Below, in pieces: positions 48,050 to 60,617 of a DNA stretch of 64,000 bases (its first letter is position 1; the number at the start of each line of letters is the position of its first letter). This stretch comes from Heteronotia binoei (Eukaryota). The stretch covers positions 107,074,001 to 107,138,000 of the forward strand of contig NC_083229.1 of the NCBI RefSeq assembly GCF_032191835.1. The letters are read 5' to 3'. A program made the position numbers and the translations under genes. The notes beneath the pieces are model-generated. The model saw only the letters and a program-made list of their open reading frames with translations. It was not told the origin of the DNA and ran no database searches.

Positions 48050-48856
48050 TTGCTGTTGCCTATGCACAGACTGTTAATCCAAGTTACAATTATTACACCT
48101 TATGAAGAAATGAAAAACCTTGATGGATGATGAAACTCTTAGAATTGCAAAGACAGACAAGAAGTAAAAGGAGACAGAAATACAATCAGAAATCTAAGTG
48201 TGGCATTCCACCAACTTGTGCTTAGAGATAAAAGAGAACTATTATAATAACCAAGTAAATAAAAGAAAACAAAAAAGAGATCTGTTCCAAAAGTTCCAAG
48301 AAATAAAAAACTGGAAATTTAAACCACAGCTAGGGATGCTGAAAAAACATGGAATTACATTAACTGTATAGGACAAAATAAAATATGGGAAACAATACAC
48401 TGAAACTATACAGAAGAGATGAAAGGATGACAGATTCGTTCAAAGAAGCTTTTGAAGAACCACCTAACAGTTTTACAAAGTGAAGTGAAAGCTCTACTAA
48501 GAGCAGCGGAATGAAACCAGGAATGCATGGGACATCAATAGAACTATAGCTATAGAAATAGTTCATCAAAATCTTAACAAGAATATGCCAACAAATATAG
48601 AAAACAATGGTCTACAGACTGGAAACACTCAATATACATTCCAATTCTGGAAAAAGGAGATGTCAAAGATTGCAGCAACTATGGGACAATCACATTTTCT
48701 CATGCAAGTAAAGTGATGCCCAAAATCTTGCAGATTTCTACCATATATGGAATGACAAATGCCAGATGTTCAAGCTGGATTCAGAAGGAAGAGAGACTAG
48801 ATATCATACTGCACATTTGCTTTGGTTATTAGAGCATACAAGGATTTTTCAGAAAT
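48050..48856 (+). mobile_element. Decayed RTE-BovB internal fragment (EN-RT linker and RT N-terminus)
   Basis: Frameshifted translations such as YTETIQKR, SIYIPI.KKGD.K.CSNY, HASKV, DVQAGFR. Confidence 0.78.
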
Positions 48857-49282
48857 CCAATTTTTTTCCTTCCATTAAATCCTATGGGGGACCATTACAG
48901 TCAGTGGTTCCCACAGGGTATAATGGAGAATCAATTTTGATATGCAGATAACACCAGATTCCTAACAAAGAAACAAAAGCTTTAACATTTTTCAGGTTAT
49001 TTACAAAAGCAAAGGAGAACATGCTATTACCTTTACAAACTAGCATGAACTTTGGTCAAGAAAGAGCCTAAGTGGTAATTGGTCAGATCTAGTAGGGCTA
49101 TTCTTCTACTCCACTTGCATAGATAATATTTAGATTTCCAAATGATAATCTTGGATGTTATTCATTATTACTCTTATTCGTGTACTACAACCTTTGGTCT
49201 GTATTAGCTAATAACTCTTGGTTATAACTTCTGATTTCAAAAATTCAGTTAACCTGATTTTTCTCTACACACTCTCCCACAG

Positions 49283-49406
49283 GTAGTATCTGCCAAACTT
49301 CACTGCCTTATATTAAGTGCCCAACATTAATAATCCATGGAGAGAAAGACCCCCTGGTGCCACGCTTTCACGCTGAATACCTGCACAAACATCTCAAAGA
49401 GTCACA
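49283..49406 (+). CDS. BPHL: BPHL exon 6 (catalytic Asp in HGEKDPLV)
   Basis: 124 bp, phase 1-2. Confidence 0.94.
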
Positions 49407-50609
49407 GTAAGTTAACCACTTAATTTCATGACCATTTGCAAAGAGATGTTATGTGTTTCATAGTTATGTAGCCAAGAATCCATTTTGAGGATTACTTTTA
49501 TTATCTCTTTATAATTCTAGTTGGGAGAGAGTAACCCAGTGTTGTCCCATGCAGAGGGGCTGCTGGAATGCTCATTTATTGCTGCTGAGGTTCAATATAG
49601 ATCTTCTGGAAGAACCCAGATATAGCATTTGCCTACCAGGGCAACCTGGAGCTCCATTCAAACAGCTTAATGCCAATTTTCTCTGTTGCTAATCTCAGTA
49701 TCATCTTAAGAATAAGTCATTAGCACCTTTTTCTACCCTGGGTACAAGTATTGGAAAGCACAAGAACAATTCTTACAGATTATTAGTTTTGAAAATTTAT
49801 ACTGTTCATGTGAAAGAGATGAACTTTCTCCATAAACTGTTCCAGAGAACTTCTTTCACATGAACAGTATAAATCACTGGTGTACTAATCAGAGTAAAAA
49901 TTAGCTGGGTTAAAGACATTTCAGTGTTTTTGCTTGGAGACATTGGGCTGGATATGGCCAGCTTTTTCATACTTCCCTCCCCCATTCTCCTCCTTATTAT
50001 ACTGCTGCATTGTTTCATTTAAAAATTATATTGGTACGCTACATATTGCTGCTACATACTGCTGCAGCCATTGGGCTATGGCTTGTGGAAATGGAACTGC
50101 ACTGAGTTTTCCTTTCTGCTTAGTCATTAGTGGATCCATCCCAAACAACTGTTTGTGGCTCTGAGCAAAAGCCTTCATGGAACACCTCAGCATCCACATC
50201 AGCTTGCCGAAGATGGGAGTTATAGACCTGTTTGCAACTTCACTGTAGTTTATTAGTGGAAGCTCCCAGTATTTGGAATAGGGTTCTCTGGTAACTTTGT
50301 TCCCCTTCCTTCACTTCCGAAGGCCTTGATACATTCACTTGTCCTTTTGCCAAGTATCAACTTATACTTGAAGAAAAATCGTTTTCGGTTACTCCAAAGC
50401 CAGGCCGGCCTTCAGCAATAGTGACATACTATTTGAAGCAGCTGAACAGATTTTCGTTGTTGCAGACTACAATCAAGATCTTCATTATGTCATTGTTGTT
50501 AAATACCCAGTTAATTCTGGACTGTGCTTGAGAAACAATTACAAGGGTCTTTATCTAAGCTCACACTGCTATTATGTACACCAATTTACTCAGTGCTTGT
50601 CTTTTTCAG

Positions 50610-50706
50610 GTTGCATTTTATGCCTGAAGGAAAACATAATCTACACCTACGTTTTGCCGAGGAGTTTAACAGAATTGTAGAAAGATTTCTTCTGCAGGAT
50701 GCTTAG
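50610..50706 (+). CDS. BPHL: BPHL exon 7 (catalytic His in PEGKHNLHLRF; stop)
   Basis: 97 bp; total CDS 882 bp with an intact Ser-Asp-His triad. Confidence 0.94.
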
Positions 50707-51870
50707 TTTTAGGCATAAACCTAGCTTTCTTCCTATTCAAGGTGCCAACATGACTCGTATCTAAGGGATGGAAGAGGCAGAGTAAGAAATCAAATGCCTT
50801 TGTCTTTCACTGGGGGTTAAGTAAAGTCCTTCCATGCCAACAGGCTTGGTATACAAAAGATGTCATTTCTTTGACTCAATGATGATTAAAAATATGAGAC
50901 TGAAAGTGCATCCTTGAAATGAACTGTGCGCCAAAAATCTCGAAGAACACACAAAACTGAATTATTCAGAACACATGCCTTTATATAGAGTCCAACATTA
51001 ACGTCACACAAAGGTCATCTGAATAAACTGGATTATGGCAGTTACAGAGATCCTCGGGGGAAAACAACTGCACAGTGCACAGAAAATGCCAACAGAAACA
51101 CAGCCACAGATAGCATGCTTCGTCATGGCCATCAGAACCCTTGCCTGGTCTATGAATATTGCCCCCCCCCCTCCCCAGGTCTTCTGCTATTTTGCAACTT
51201 CCCTTCCTTTTCGCAAGGCTAGGTCCCACTTTTCATATGGAGGACCACTACTAAAGAGAATTCAGACACGATTTTGAACACAAGACCACTTAGATATTGT
51301 TGAAAACTTCCAGAAATATAAACACCATTGGACTAAAAGAAAACACACCCGTAACTGTACAGCTGGATAGCAACCACTTTTTTTTTTAATCATTTGAAGG
51401 GTTGGGTTTGTTTTATGAGATCACCTTTGATGAACTGCTCCTGACAGAAGATGTACAGGGAAAAAAAATTCTTAATGAGGCAAGTGAAATTGATATACTT
51501 GCATCATCTGAGCAATCCAAAGCAACTGCCTTTGTCTTTAGTGTTTGCAATTTAAAACATCTAAACACATAAATTAGGTTGCAAATATAAACATTTCTAC
51601 ACTGTGCTTTGTGAAAACACAAGGAAAATAGAAGGGGTAATTTATGTAGAGATCCATTATCTTTTCCTCAGACTTGCAAAATTATTTTATATTAAGAGGG
51701 AGTTGTCAAACCTACCAGGGAGCAACCAAATAAATAAGTCCAGTTTTGCCTTTGTATTGGGGCCAAAACAATTAATCTTCTTTACAGGTGGTTTAAACAG
51801 CTGGTAGAGTATTTTAACCCAATAAATATGCAGGTTACAACCCTAGTATCCTGGTGGAAAACAGCTTTGT

Positions 51871-51876
51871 TTTATT
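51871..51876 (-). terminator. Candidate beta-tubulin polyadenylation signal
   Basis: AATAAA on the minus strand about 190 nt after the stop codon. Confidence 0.55.
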
Positions 51877-52064
51877 TAACTGTAGGGAATCCACCTTAAA
51901 CCAATTAGCCAATATTTACAACGATTTAAAAACAGATGAGAGGTCACAAAACTGTAGACAGAGGCAACGGGAAAAAGAAAAGCACCAAGAACTGAAGCAT
52001 GCATTCCTGTAACTGATCAAAACCTTTCTAGACGCTTGCCCAATTGCATTGAAACTACTCAGTC

Positions 52065-53150
<1,086 letters not shown>

Positions 53151-53306
53151 TCAGGCAGAATAAATCTATACAATGAGAAACTGCTCCTTTATTGGCCATA
53201 CTAAACTCTCATGAACTCTAGATTCATGAACCTCTCTCCAGATACAGCCTAGAAATTGTGATCCTATGTGCCCTCTAGCAACCAACTTATCTTGCCTCCA
53301 CATCAC

Positions 53307-53489
53307 CAGGACTTTTTTTGTAGCAGGAATGCCTTTTGCATATTAGGCCACACACCCCTGATGTAGCCAATCCTCCTGGAGCTTACAGTAGGCCCTGTAC
53401 TAAGAGCCCTGAAAACTCTTGGAGGATTGGCTACATCAGGGGTGTGTGTCCTAATATGCAAAGGCATTCCAGCTACAAAAAAAGCCCTG
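53307..53489. mobile_element. Fold-back hAT MITE in tubulin intron 3
   Basis: TSD CACATCAC/CACATCAT; palindromic body. Confidence 0.85.
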
Positions 53490-54038
53490 CACATCATGAT
53501 CTACCAAAGTTAAAGCCTAATGGTATACATGTCCAACTTTGAAAGTCAGTTGGGCCAAAGGAATCTGAGGTATAAGCCTCAGCCAAGAGCATGAAGACAG
53601 ATTTTAGAGGAGTCAGAAGAAGAGGTTTTGTGCTGGGTCACTGAGTATTTGTACGAGGTCATCTTGGTCACATGAAGTTGTCATACACTGCGTTAGACCT
53701 ATCAAGGTCAGTACTGTCTACTCTGAATGGCTGGAGCTCTCCAGGATCTCAGGTAAGCCTTCCAAATGGAAATTCTGGCGATTGGATTTGGGACCTTCAG
53801 ACCCTTTTTGCTGTTTAGCATATTTCTGCTATCTGACTCAATGAAAAGCTTTGCCTACTGCCTCCTTACTTGATTCACAAGGCGATTTTTGCCAAGTGTT
53901 GAATTCAGGGGTCTGCAGAAGGACAACAAAGATTCTTTTCATGCTAAGCCGCCACATGCATTGGCTTATATTTCTGTAGCAGACAATTTACTCAAGGCAA
54001 GAACAAAGGCTCCCAGTTGTTGAAACAACCTTACATAC

Positions 54039-54149
54039 CGAAAACAAAGTTGTCAGGTCTAAATATCTGGCCGAAAGGTCCAGATCTGACAGAGTCCATT
54101 GTTCCGGGTTCCAAATCCACGAGGATTGCACGGGGCACATACTTGTTAC
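54039..54149 (-). CDS. TUBB2A: Beta-tubulin exon 3 ([37 protein letters not shown])
   Basis: 111 bp, canonical splice sites. Confidence 0.93.
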
Positions 54150-54468
54150 CTGAAGAAAGAACACAAGCTAATGTTACAGACATAGCGGCCCTATTAAATA
54201 CCTGCCAACGAATGTGCTCTAATTCAGAGATGCATATTGAATTGCCCTTGATTGAACAGCAAGTTTTTACATTTCTTCTCATGTACAACAAAAAAACATA
54301 CCTGTAACAGATCTTAGCTGGCAAATGATCAGTGTCATCCACTGTACTAATAGAAGATCGCACCATCTCAGAAAACAAGTTTCTGGCACTAACTGCAGAA
54401 TACAGACTTTAACCAAGGTCCCTGGTTTCACTGGCCATGTATTTACCAAGAAGTACATGCCCTCAAGC

Positions 54469-54823
54469 CAGGGCCGGTGCCGCCTCCAGTGGGGGAGAAC
54501 CCCCAGCGCTGGCCCAAATTGGGTTCCATTTGCATGGAGGAGCCCTCTGTGCAAACGCCTCCCCCCCCACCCCGCTCGACCTTCCTGCGATGTGGGAAAG
54601 CCCAACGGGGCCAGATGGCCCCGTTTGCACAGTGGGCTCCTCTTCAGCTGCTCTTTCTCAGCTCTGAGGGATCAAGGAAGCTTCTCCGATCCCTCAGAGC
54701 TGAGAAAACATGAGCTGGAGGCTCAGGGACGGCGTGATTGGGAAGGGGGCACCCGCCCCCCCTCTCTGCTGGGAGCTGGTGTCCTAGGCAATCACCTAGT
54801 TCAGCTCCCATGCACCAGCCCTG
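54469..54823. mobile_element. hAT MITE
   Basis: CAGGGCCGGTGC...GCACCAGCCCTG; perfect TSD CCTCAAGC. Confidence 0.85.
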
Positions 54824-56145
54824 CCTCAAGCACAGACAGAAGGAGAACATATAAACTTCAGTGAGTGAGATTTTTGTGCAAGTTCCCTTGCCAAATCTCC
54901 TGCCACTAGCTGCCAAACTTCTAGTGCAGCAATACCGGAAGGAGGGCAAGAGCTTGACAAAAGTAGAAGGTGGAATTCAATAAAAATGAGAGATGAATCG
55001 CTTCTTTTGTGGCTGTTGCACTAAACCATTCAGTAGGAAAGCCAGTTACTCTTTTCCTTGCTGAGGAACATGTATCTATTACTAAAATAGCAACCACCAC
55101 CCCCTTTAGGTGGTGCTGGCTCAAGGTGGTGCCCTAAGCAAGGTGCTGCCCCTGCCTAGTCACCTGTGCTTTTCTGCCCTGGCAGGTCCAGCACAACTCC
55201 TGCATCTCAGAGCACACACATCATCGTTGATCTGCCGCCCAGCTTCTGGAAGCCAGGAGATGGAGCAATGGCAGCCGGGTGGCAGTGCACTCTTGAGGTG
55301 CAGGAGCTGCACCGCCAGGCTTGCTTATTTCCCTCACTGTGGAGGTGAGGGGGGGGAGGGGCCAACCCAGTGCACCCTCCCTGGGCCACACCCTAGGCAG
55401 CCACCTAAAGGAATGTGCCAGCCCAGTTTTTAGGTGAAACCACTGAGACTAGATCCTGGATATTGAAAGAATATTATGAACTGTTAACTGCCATGTCTAA
55501 AGATCTGAGGAAGTGTGCCAGCACACAATAGCTCATACTTTTAACATTTGTTGGTCTTAAAGGTGCCACTGGCCTCAAAATACTGTATTGCAAAACCATG
55601 CACTGACCAAAACTGAAATTTTAAAAGGGAAGTCTGATATCTACCTAGGGAGGAGTTTCCCATTCATCTCTCCAATCATAGCAATGTACTGGCTCAGAGT
55701 AAGTAATGCTGTATGCTAGTAATTCTAAGCAAACAGGCGCAACAAAAGATTCCATGTGCTCACTCTTCCCCTCTACAGTGTCACTCAACAACATCAACAC
55801 CAAGCATTTATCAGCACAAAAGCACCATATTCGATATGAGGAAAAAAAGACTGCAGGTACAGTTGAAAAGTTTGTACATTCACTTTCAAAATTATAGAAA
55901 TTCAGGATCTAAAATTGCTTTCAATGTCTAGAAACAACAGCAATGCTTTCTAGCCGGAAGCATCTCTCCTTAATGAGGGCTATAATATTTAATCGACAGA
56001 CCTATGCTAAAATTTAACTGAAAGGTTTTTAATGTGTCCAATTGGACAGGTATGTTTCTTTAAAATCTACCCATTTTAAAAATGTCTTTTAAAAACCTGT
56101 AGAGGAGAGGCTGTTATGTGCCTTCTCTCCCAGGAAGGAGTACCA

Positions 56146-56691
56146 CAGGGGTGTCAAACATGTGGCCCAGGGGACAAATCAAGCCCCTGGAGGGCTCCTA
56201 TCAGGCCCCCGAGCAACTGGCTGTTATTTGCTTTCTTCCGCATAATGGCTTGCTTTGCAAGACTTGCTCAATCACACAGGAGCTACAGAGCTATTTTCTC
56301 CACTGGCTGAGGCTCCTGTGGGGAGGAACAGGAGGGAGAGCTTGTTTTGCCAGGCTCTCTCAATTGCACAGCAGAGATACTGAGCCAAGCCTCTCTTCCT
56401 TCTATTGGCTGAGGTTCCTCCTCCTCCTGGCCCCCTGGGGAGGGAAGGAAAGAGCCAGAGCTTCCTTTGCCCAGTTCCCTGGATCTCACAAGAGAGATAC
56501 AAAGAAAGCACTTTAGACCGAGTGCTAATGATTTAAGCATATTTTAAGGTTTTTTTAAATTGTGTTTGTGTCCTTTATCTCTTTGCTACCTAATCTTAAA
56601 TAGGTACACACAAAGCTTAACATGGCTCAGCTCAACAAGGTCTCATTTATGTCAGATCTGGCCCTCATAATAAATGAATGTGACATCCCTG
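56146..56691. mobile_element. Non-autonomous hAT element (546 bp)
   Basis: CAGGGGTGTCAAAC...TGACATCCCTG; TSD GAGTACCA/GAGTATCA. Confidence 0.83.
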
Positions 56692-56895
56692 GAGTATCAC
56701 AAGGAGGCCACTACACCACGTGGCCATTTACAAGGGCCCTTTCTTAGTAATTTGCAAAGGCACACAGAATTAAGAGGTGCATGCAGAATTAAGAGTCATA
56801 CGACCAACCTCACCAAGATATAACTTCCCATTAAGAAATAAAATTAATTCTAAGGAACGGGAAGCCCTCAGAAAACCAAGGAAAGGCAGAATTAC

Positions 56896-57004
56896 CAGCT
56901 GCTTCATTGTAGTAGACATTGATCCTCTCTAGCTGAAGGTCGCTGTCTCCGTGGTAGCTGCCGGTGGGGTCAATGCCGTGCTCATCGCTGATGACCTCCC
57001 AAAA
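56896..57004 (-). CDS. TUBB2A: Beta-tubulin exon 2 ([36 protein letters not shown])
   Basis: 109 bp, canonical splice sites. Confidence 0.93.
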
Positions 57005-57868
57005 CTGGAATAAAATTGCAGAGCCATTAGACAGCTGCTTCTGACACGCCAAAGGGGCTGCTGCTGCCACGCCTTAGCCGCATTCAGCAGCCATGCTGCC
57101 CACCTTAGATGGCATCCACTGCCACAAGGCTAAGGGTACCCTTTCTGGAGGCAAAAAAGCCTACCCCTAGCCAAAGATGCTCTTTCTTGCAGACATGCTC
57201 TCCCATCCATCCACAGGTAGCACTATTGTTCTGGCAGCAGGCGCACAGGGCACGTGGGAAACGCAGCTGTTCATCTGACGAAATATTTTAACACCCGGAT
57301 TACAGCAAGGCGTTGGGGCTTTTTACGACCTGCACGCCCGCAGCCCTCCCGGTCAAACCGCCCCGACTGCAGGCTGCAAGCTCAGCAACAGGGCGAGGCA
57401 ACCGCAGCCTGCCATGCTAATCACCGGATTCAGGCATCAGCGACTCAAGGGAGTGACTGGGCGGAAAAGGGAGTCCAATCCGGGAATGAGGCTCATAAAA
57501 ATAATAATAATAAAATCTCTCTCTCCCCCCCCCCCCCCCCGCTCTTTATCCTTTCCAATATGGAGAATGGAGACCCTTTATTGTAAGCCACAAAATGGTA
57601 CCAAGAAAGCCTCCGGGAGGGAGGGAAGACGGGGGGAACGGCATGAGAACACACGGCTCGACGGAGAGAGGAAGCAGCATCGGAAGGCGGCACCGCCCCC
57701 CCCCCCAAGAGTAGATGCAGGATGCAAACATAAAATAAAACCCACCCTAGAGAGCCGGCCTTACCCCCACCGCGTGCCCGGCGCCACCACCACCCTCGCC
57801 ATCTTTTCCCACGGATGCTGCCGAATCCCGCGCCCTGCAACAATGGAGGCAATCTTCCCCCTCCTTAC

Positions 57869-57925
57869 CTTGGCTCCGATTTGGTTCCCGCACTGGCCGG
57901 CTTGGATGTGCACGATTTCACGCAT
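57869..57925 (-). CDS. TUBB2A: Beta-tubulin exon 1 (MREIVHIQAGQCGNQIGAK)
   Basis: 57 bp; MREI autoregulation motif; donor AAG|GTAAGG. Confidence 0.95.
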
Positions 57926-58029
57926 GGCTGCTGTTGAGACCGGTTTCTGCTCGCCCCTCAAACAGCCAAGAACCTCCCGCAGCCCCCCGACACCAGCGGC
58001 TGAAAACTGGGCGCGTCGCTCCACCGGCC

Positions 58030-58110
58030 TCTTTTATAGGGAGCCGCGTAGCCCCGCCCCGTCCATTCATTCCCGGGCGCCGGCTGGCTCCTGCGGTGGG
58101 GCGGGGCTAC
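58030..58110 (-). promoter_or_regulatory. Beta-tubulin core promoter (TATA and GC boxes in CpG island)
   Basis: TATAAAA at 58032-58038 on minus; GGGGCGGGGC at ~58051 and ~58098. Confidence 0.8.
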
Positions 58111-58534
58111 ACGAGAGCTGGACCTCCATTGTCTCCCGCGAGGAGGAGAGGACGGAGCAGCCCGGCTCGCCGCCCATTCCTCGCCCGGGCTGAACGTCTC
58201 TTGCATTGGCAGCCTGCATTCCACTTTGGGCGAGGCAGCATTTAGAACACCTGCTTTGAGTGCGAGGAAACCCAGGTCCAAGTTTTTTTTATTTTTGAAA
58301 TCATCTTTATTTTTAACATGCACCGCACCAATATGACAATACATTAAAACAAAGACCAATATATAGTTGCTACAGAGAAGATATAAATAAAGAATGACCT
58401 GTATTAGAAGAATAGCGAGTCCCGATCATAAGCCTTATTAGGAACCACGTTTTGCTGAGTCAAATATGATACTACTGGAAACCATACTGCTGTAAATTTT
58501 TCTTGATAATTTTGTAAGTTAGGCATGAGATGAC

Positions 58535-59059
58535 CAATGTTCCTTCTAAGCTGCCGTGGCCTGTGAGCAAAAATTCTACTTTGTGAGCGACTGGTATTAA
58601 AGTTGTGAGCTACTGACATTACACTTTTGGAAAAGGAAAGGTCCCCTGTGGAAGCACCAGTCGTTTCCGACTCTGGGGTGATGTTGCTTTCACAAGGTTT
58701 TCATGGCAGACTTTTTACTAGGTTTGCCATTGCCTTTTTCAGTCATCTGCACTTTCCCCCCAGCAAGCTGGGTACTGGTTTTACTGACCTCAGAAGGATG
58801 GAAGACTGAGTCAACCTCGAGCTACCTACCTGAAAACCCAACTACCGTTGGGGATCGAACTCAGGTCGTGAGCAGAGCTTAGGACTGCAGTACTGCAGCT
58901 TTAACACTCTGCGCCACGGGGCTCTTTTAAACTTGCGAGCTGCTGCATAAATTACTGGGGTCTGGGGTCATCCTTCCCTGAGCTATGACAAAAATATGTG
59001 AGCTAGAGGCTAAAAATCTGTGAGCTAGCTCATGCTAACTCAGCTTAGATGGAACACTG
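58535..59059. mobile_element. hAT MITE containing a nested Sauria-type SINE (58629-58925, minus)
   Basis: Perfect TSD GAGATGAC; MITE halves match 3014-3206; the SINE interrupts the body. Confidence 0.85.
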
Positions 59060-59342
59060 GAGATGACAACTGGTAATTTTGCAATGAACAAAACATTACC
59101 ACACCTTATTTTGCCGGGATGATAAAAAAGGTGAGCTTTTATCTCCCCATTTTGAAGCAAGTTGAAGGGCGGGTGGCAGGGAAGATCCTTTTCCCACCCT
59201 GAGAGATTCTGGCATAGCTGAGATGCTTTTGGTCAGAAAGGGCAGCATTAAGTTGTGATGGTATGTATAAGGCAGCAGCTTCTTACATCTTTGCAACACA
59301 GGCTATTGAGATGACTGGGTATCAACCAGATAAAGGTTTCCT

Positions 59343-60288
59343 TTCACTCTGCTAACCAGTATTATGGCCACACATCAGCCCACCTATGCAGACTGTCAAC
59401 AGCTTTTACTAGCCCTCTTTGCAACAGAGGAGAGAAGCTGCATTCTGCATCATGCCCAAAAGCATGTAGAGGGAAAAGTCCCCCCAGAGACTGCAGATAG
59501 AGAGGAGTGGATAAAAACCCGTTTTCCTGCAACAGACCCAGAATGGGATCCCAATGGCCGTGAGTCTAAAGAGCGACTACCAGGATACAGACAGGCAATC
59601 TTAGAAGGCATGAAAGAGGCAGGCAAGAAGCCTATTAATATGTCCAAAGTCAGTGAAGTTCTCCAGAAAGCAGATGAGAGCCCTGGAGCTTTTGCTGAGC
59701 ACTTGATGCAAACATTTCGAATGTATACTCCATTCGATCCAGAGGCTGCAGAAAACTTGCACATGGTAAATACAGCTTTCATTGCCCAATCTTATGCTGA
59801 CATCCGCAAGAAGCTCCAGAAGCAAGATGGCTTTGCAGGCATGAATTTATTCCAATTGCTAGAGATTGCCCAGAAAGTTATGCCAATTGGGATGTAGACC
59901 AGAAACGGGAGGCGGAAAGAAAAATTAAAAAGAAGACTGATCTGCTGGCAGCGGCGCTGGCTGGGCAGACATCTGTGAGAGGCAGAGGGGCTATGCGAGG
60001 GCAAGGAATGAATGGCGGGAATCAAAGATCTGCAATGACTAATTTAGACCCAAACCAGTGTGTGTACTGTAAAGAATTTGAGTACTGGAGAGACTCATGC
60101 CCTAATCGACCCCCCCCCCCCCCTCTGCACACAAGAGATCCAAAGCACCCCTAGATAGATGACAGGAGTTTAGAGGCCGAGGGAGCAGAGGAGCCAGAGG
60201 CAGAGGCCAGGTCCAGAGTGGCAGGTATCGGAGGAACGAAGAAGACCCTGTGTATGGCCTGGTTGGTCTGGAAGGATGGGATAACTAG
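59343..60288 (+). pseudogene. ERV gag (capsid p30-like plus degenerate zinc knuckle)
   Basis: THQPTYADCQQLL, ESPGAF, IAQSYADIRKKLQK; CVYCKEFEYWRDSC; frameshifted; ends at TAG 60286-60288. Confidence 0.88.
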
Positions 60289-60609
60289 GACAAACCAGGC
60301 ACTGATGGTCCTGGCCCTGTGGAGTCCATGGTCACAGTTGATATTGGGGGCCAGGAGATTCCATTCCTTATAGATACTGAAGCTGCACAGTCCGTGGTGC
60401 CTGTTAAGATTGCTCCTTCAATTCACAAATACATTAATATAATTGGAGCTACGGGGCACAAGCAATCCAGGCCACTTCTAGCCAAATTAACTTGTACAGT
60501 AGGAGGCCATGTAGTCCGCTACAATTTTGTCCATTTTCCCGACTGCCCGGTGCTGCTGATGGGAAGAGACCTGCTTTCTAAGTTGTGGACCCGATTGACT
60601 TTTGAGTAA
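60289..60609 (+). pseudogene. ERV protease (active site DTG changed to DTE)
   Basis: PFLIDTEAAQSV...PVLLMGRDLLSKL. Confidence 0.85.
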
Positions 60610-60617
60610 GAAAGCCA

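Noticed and set aside
50878-50962. Box C/D snoRNA-like ATGATGA...CTGA
   Set aside because: No convincing terminal stem, and it lies in the BPHL 3' UTR rather than an intron.
57414-58245. 259-aa plus-strand ORF and other ORFs over the tubulin 5' end
   Set aside because: Low-complexity products of a CpG island, antisense to or overlapping tubulin exon 1 and intron 1.
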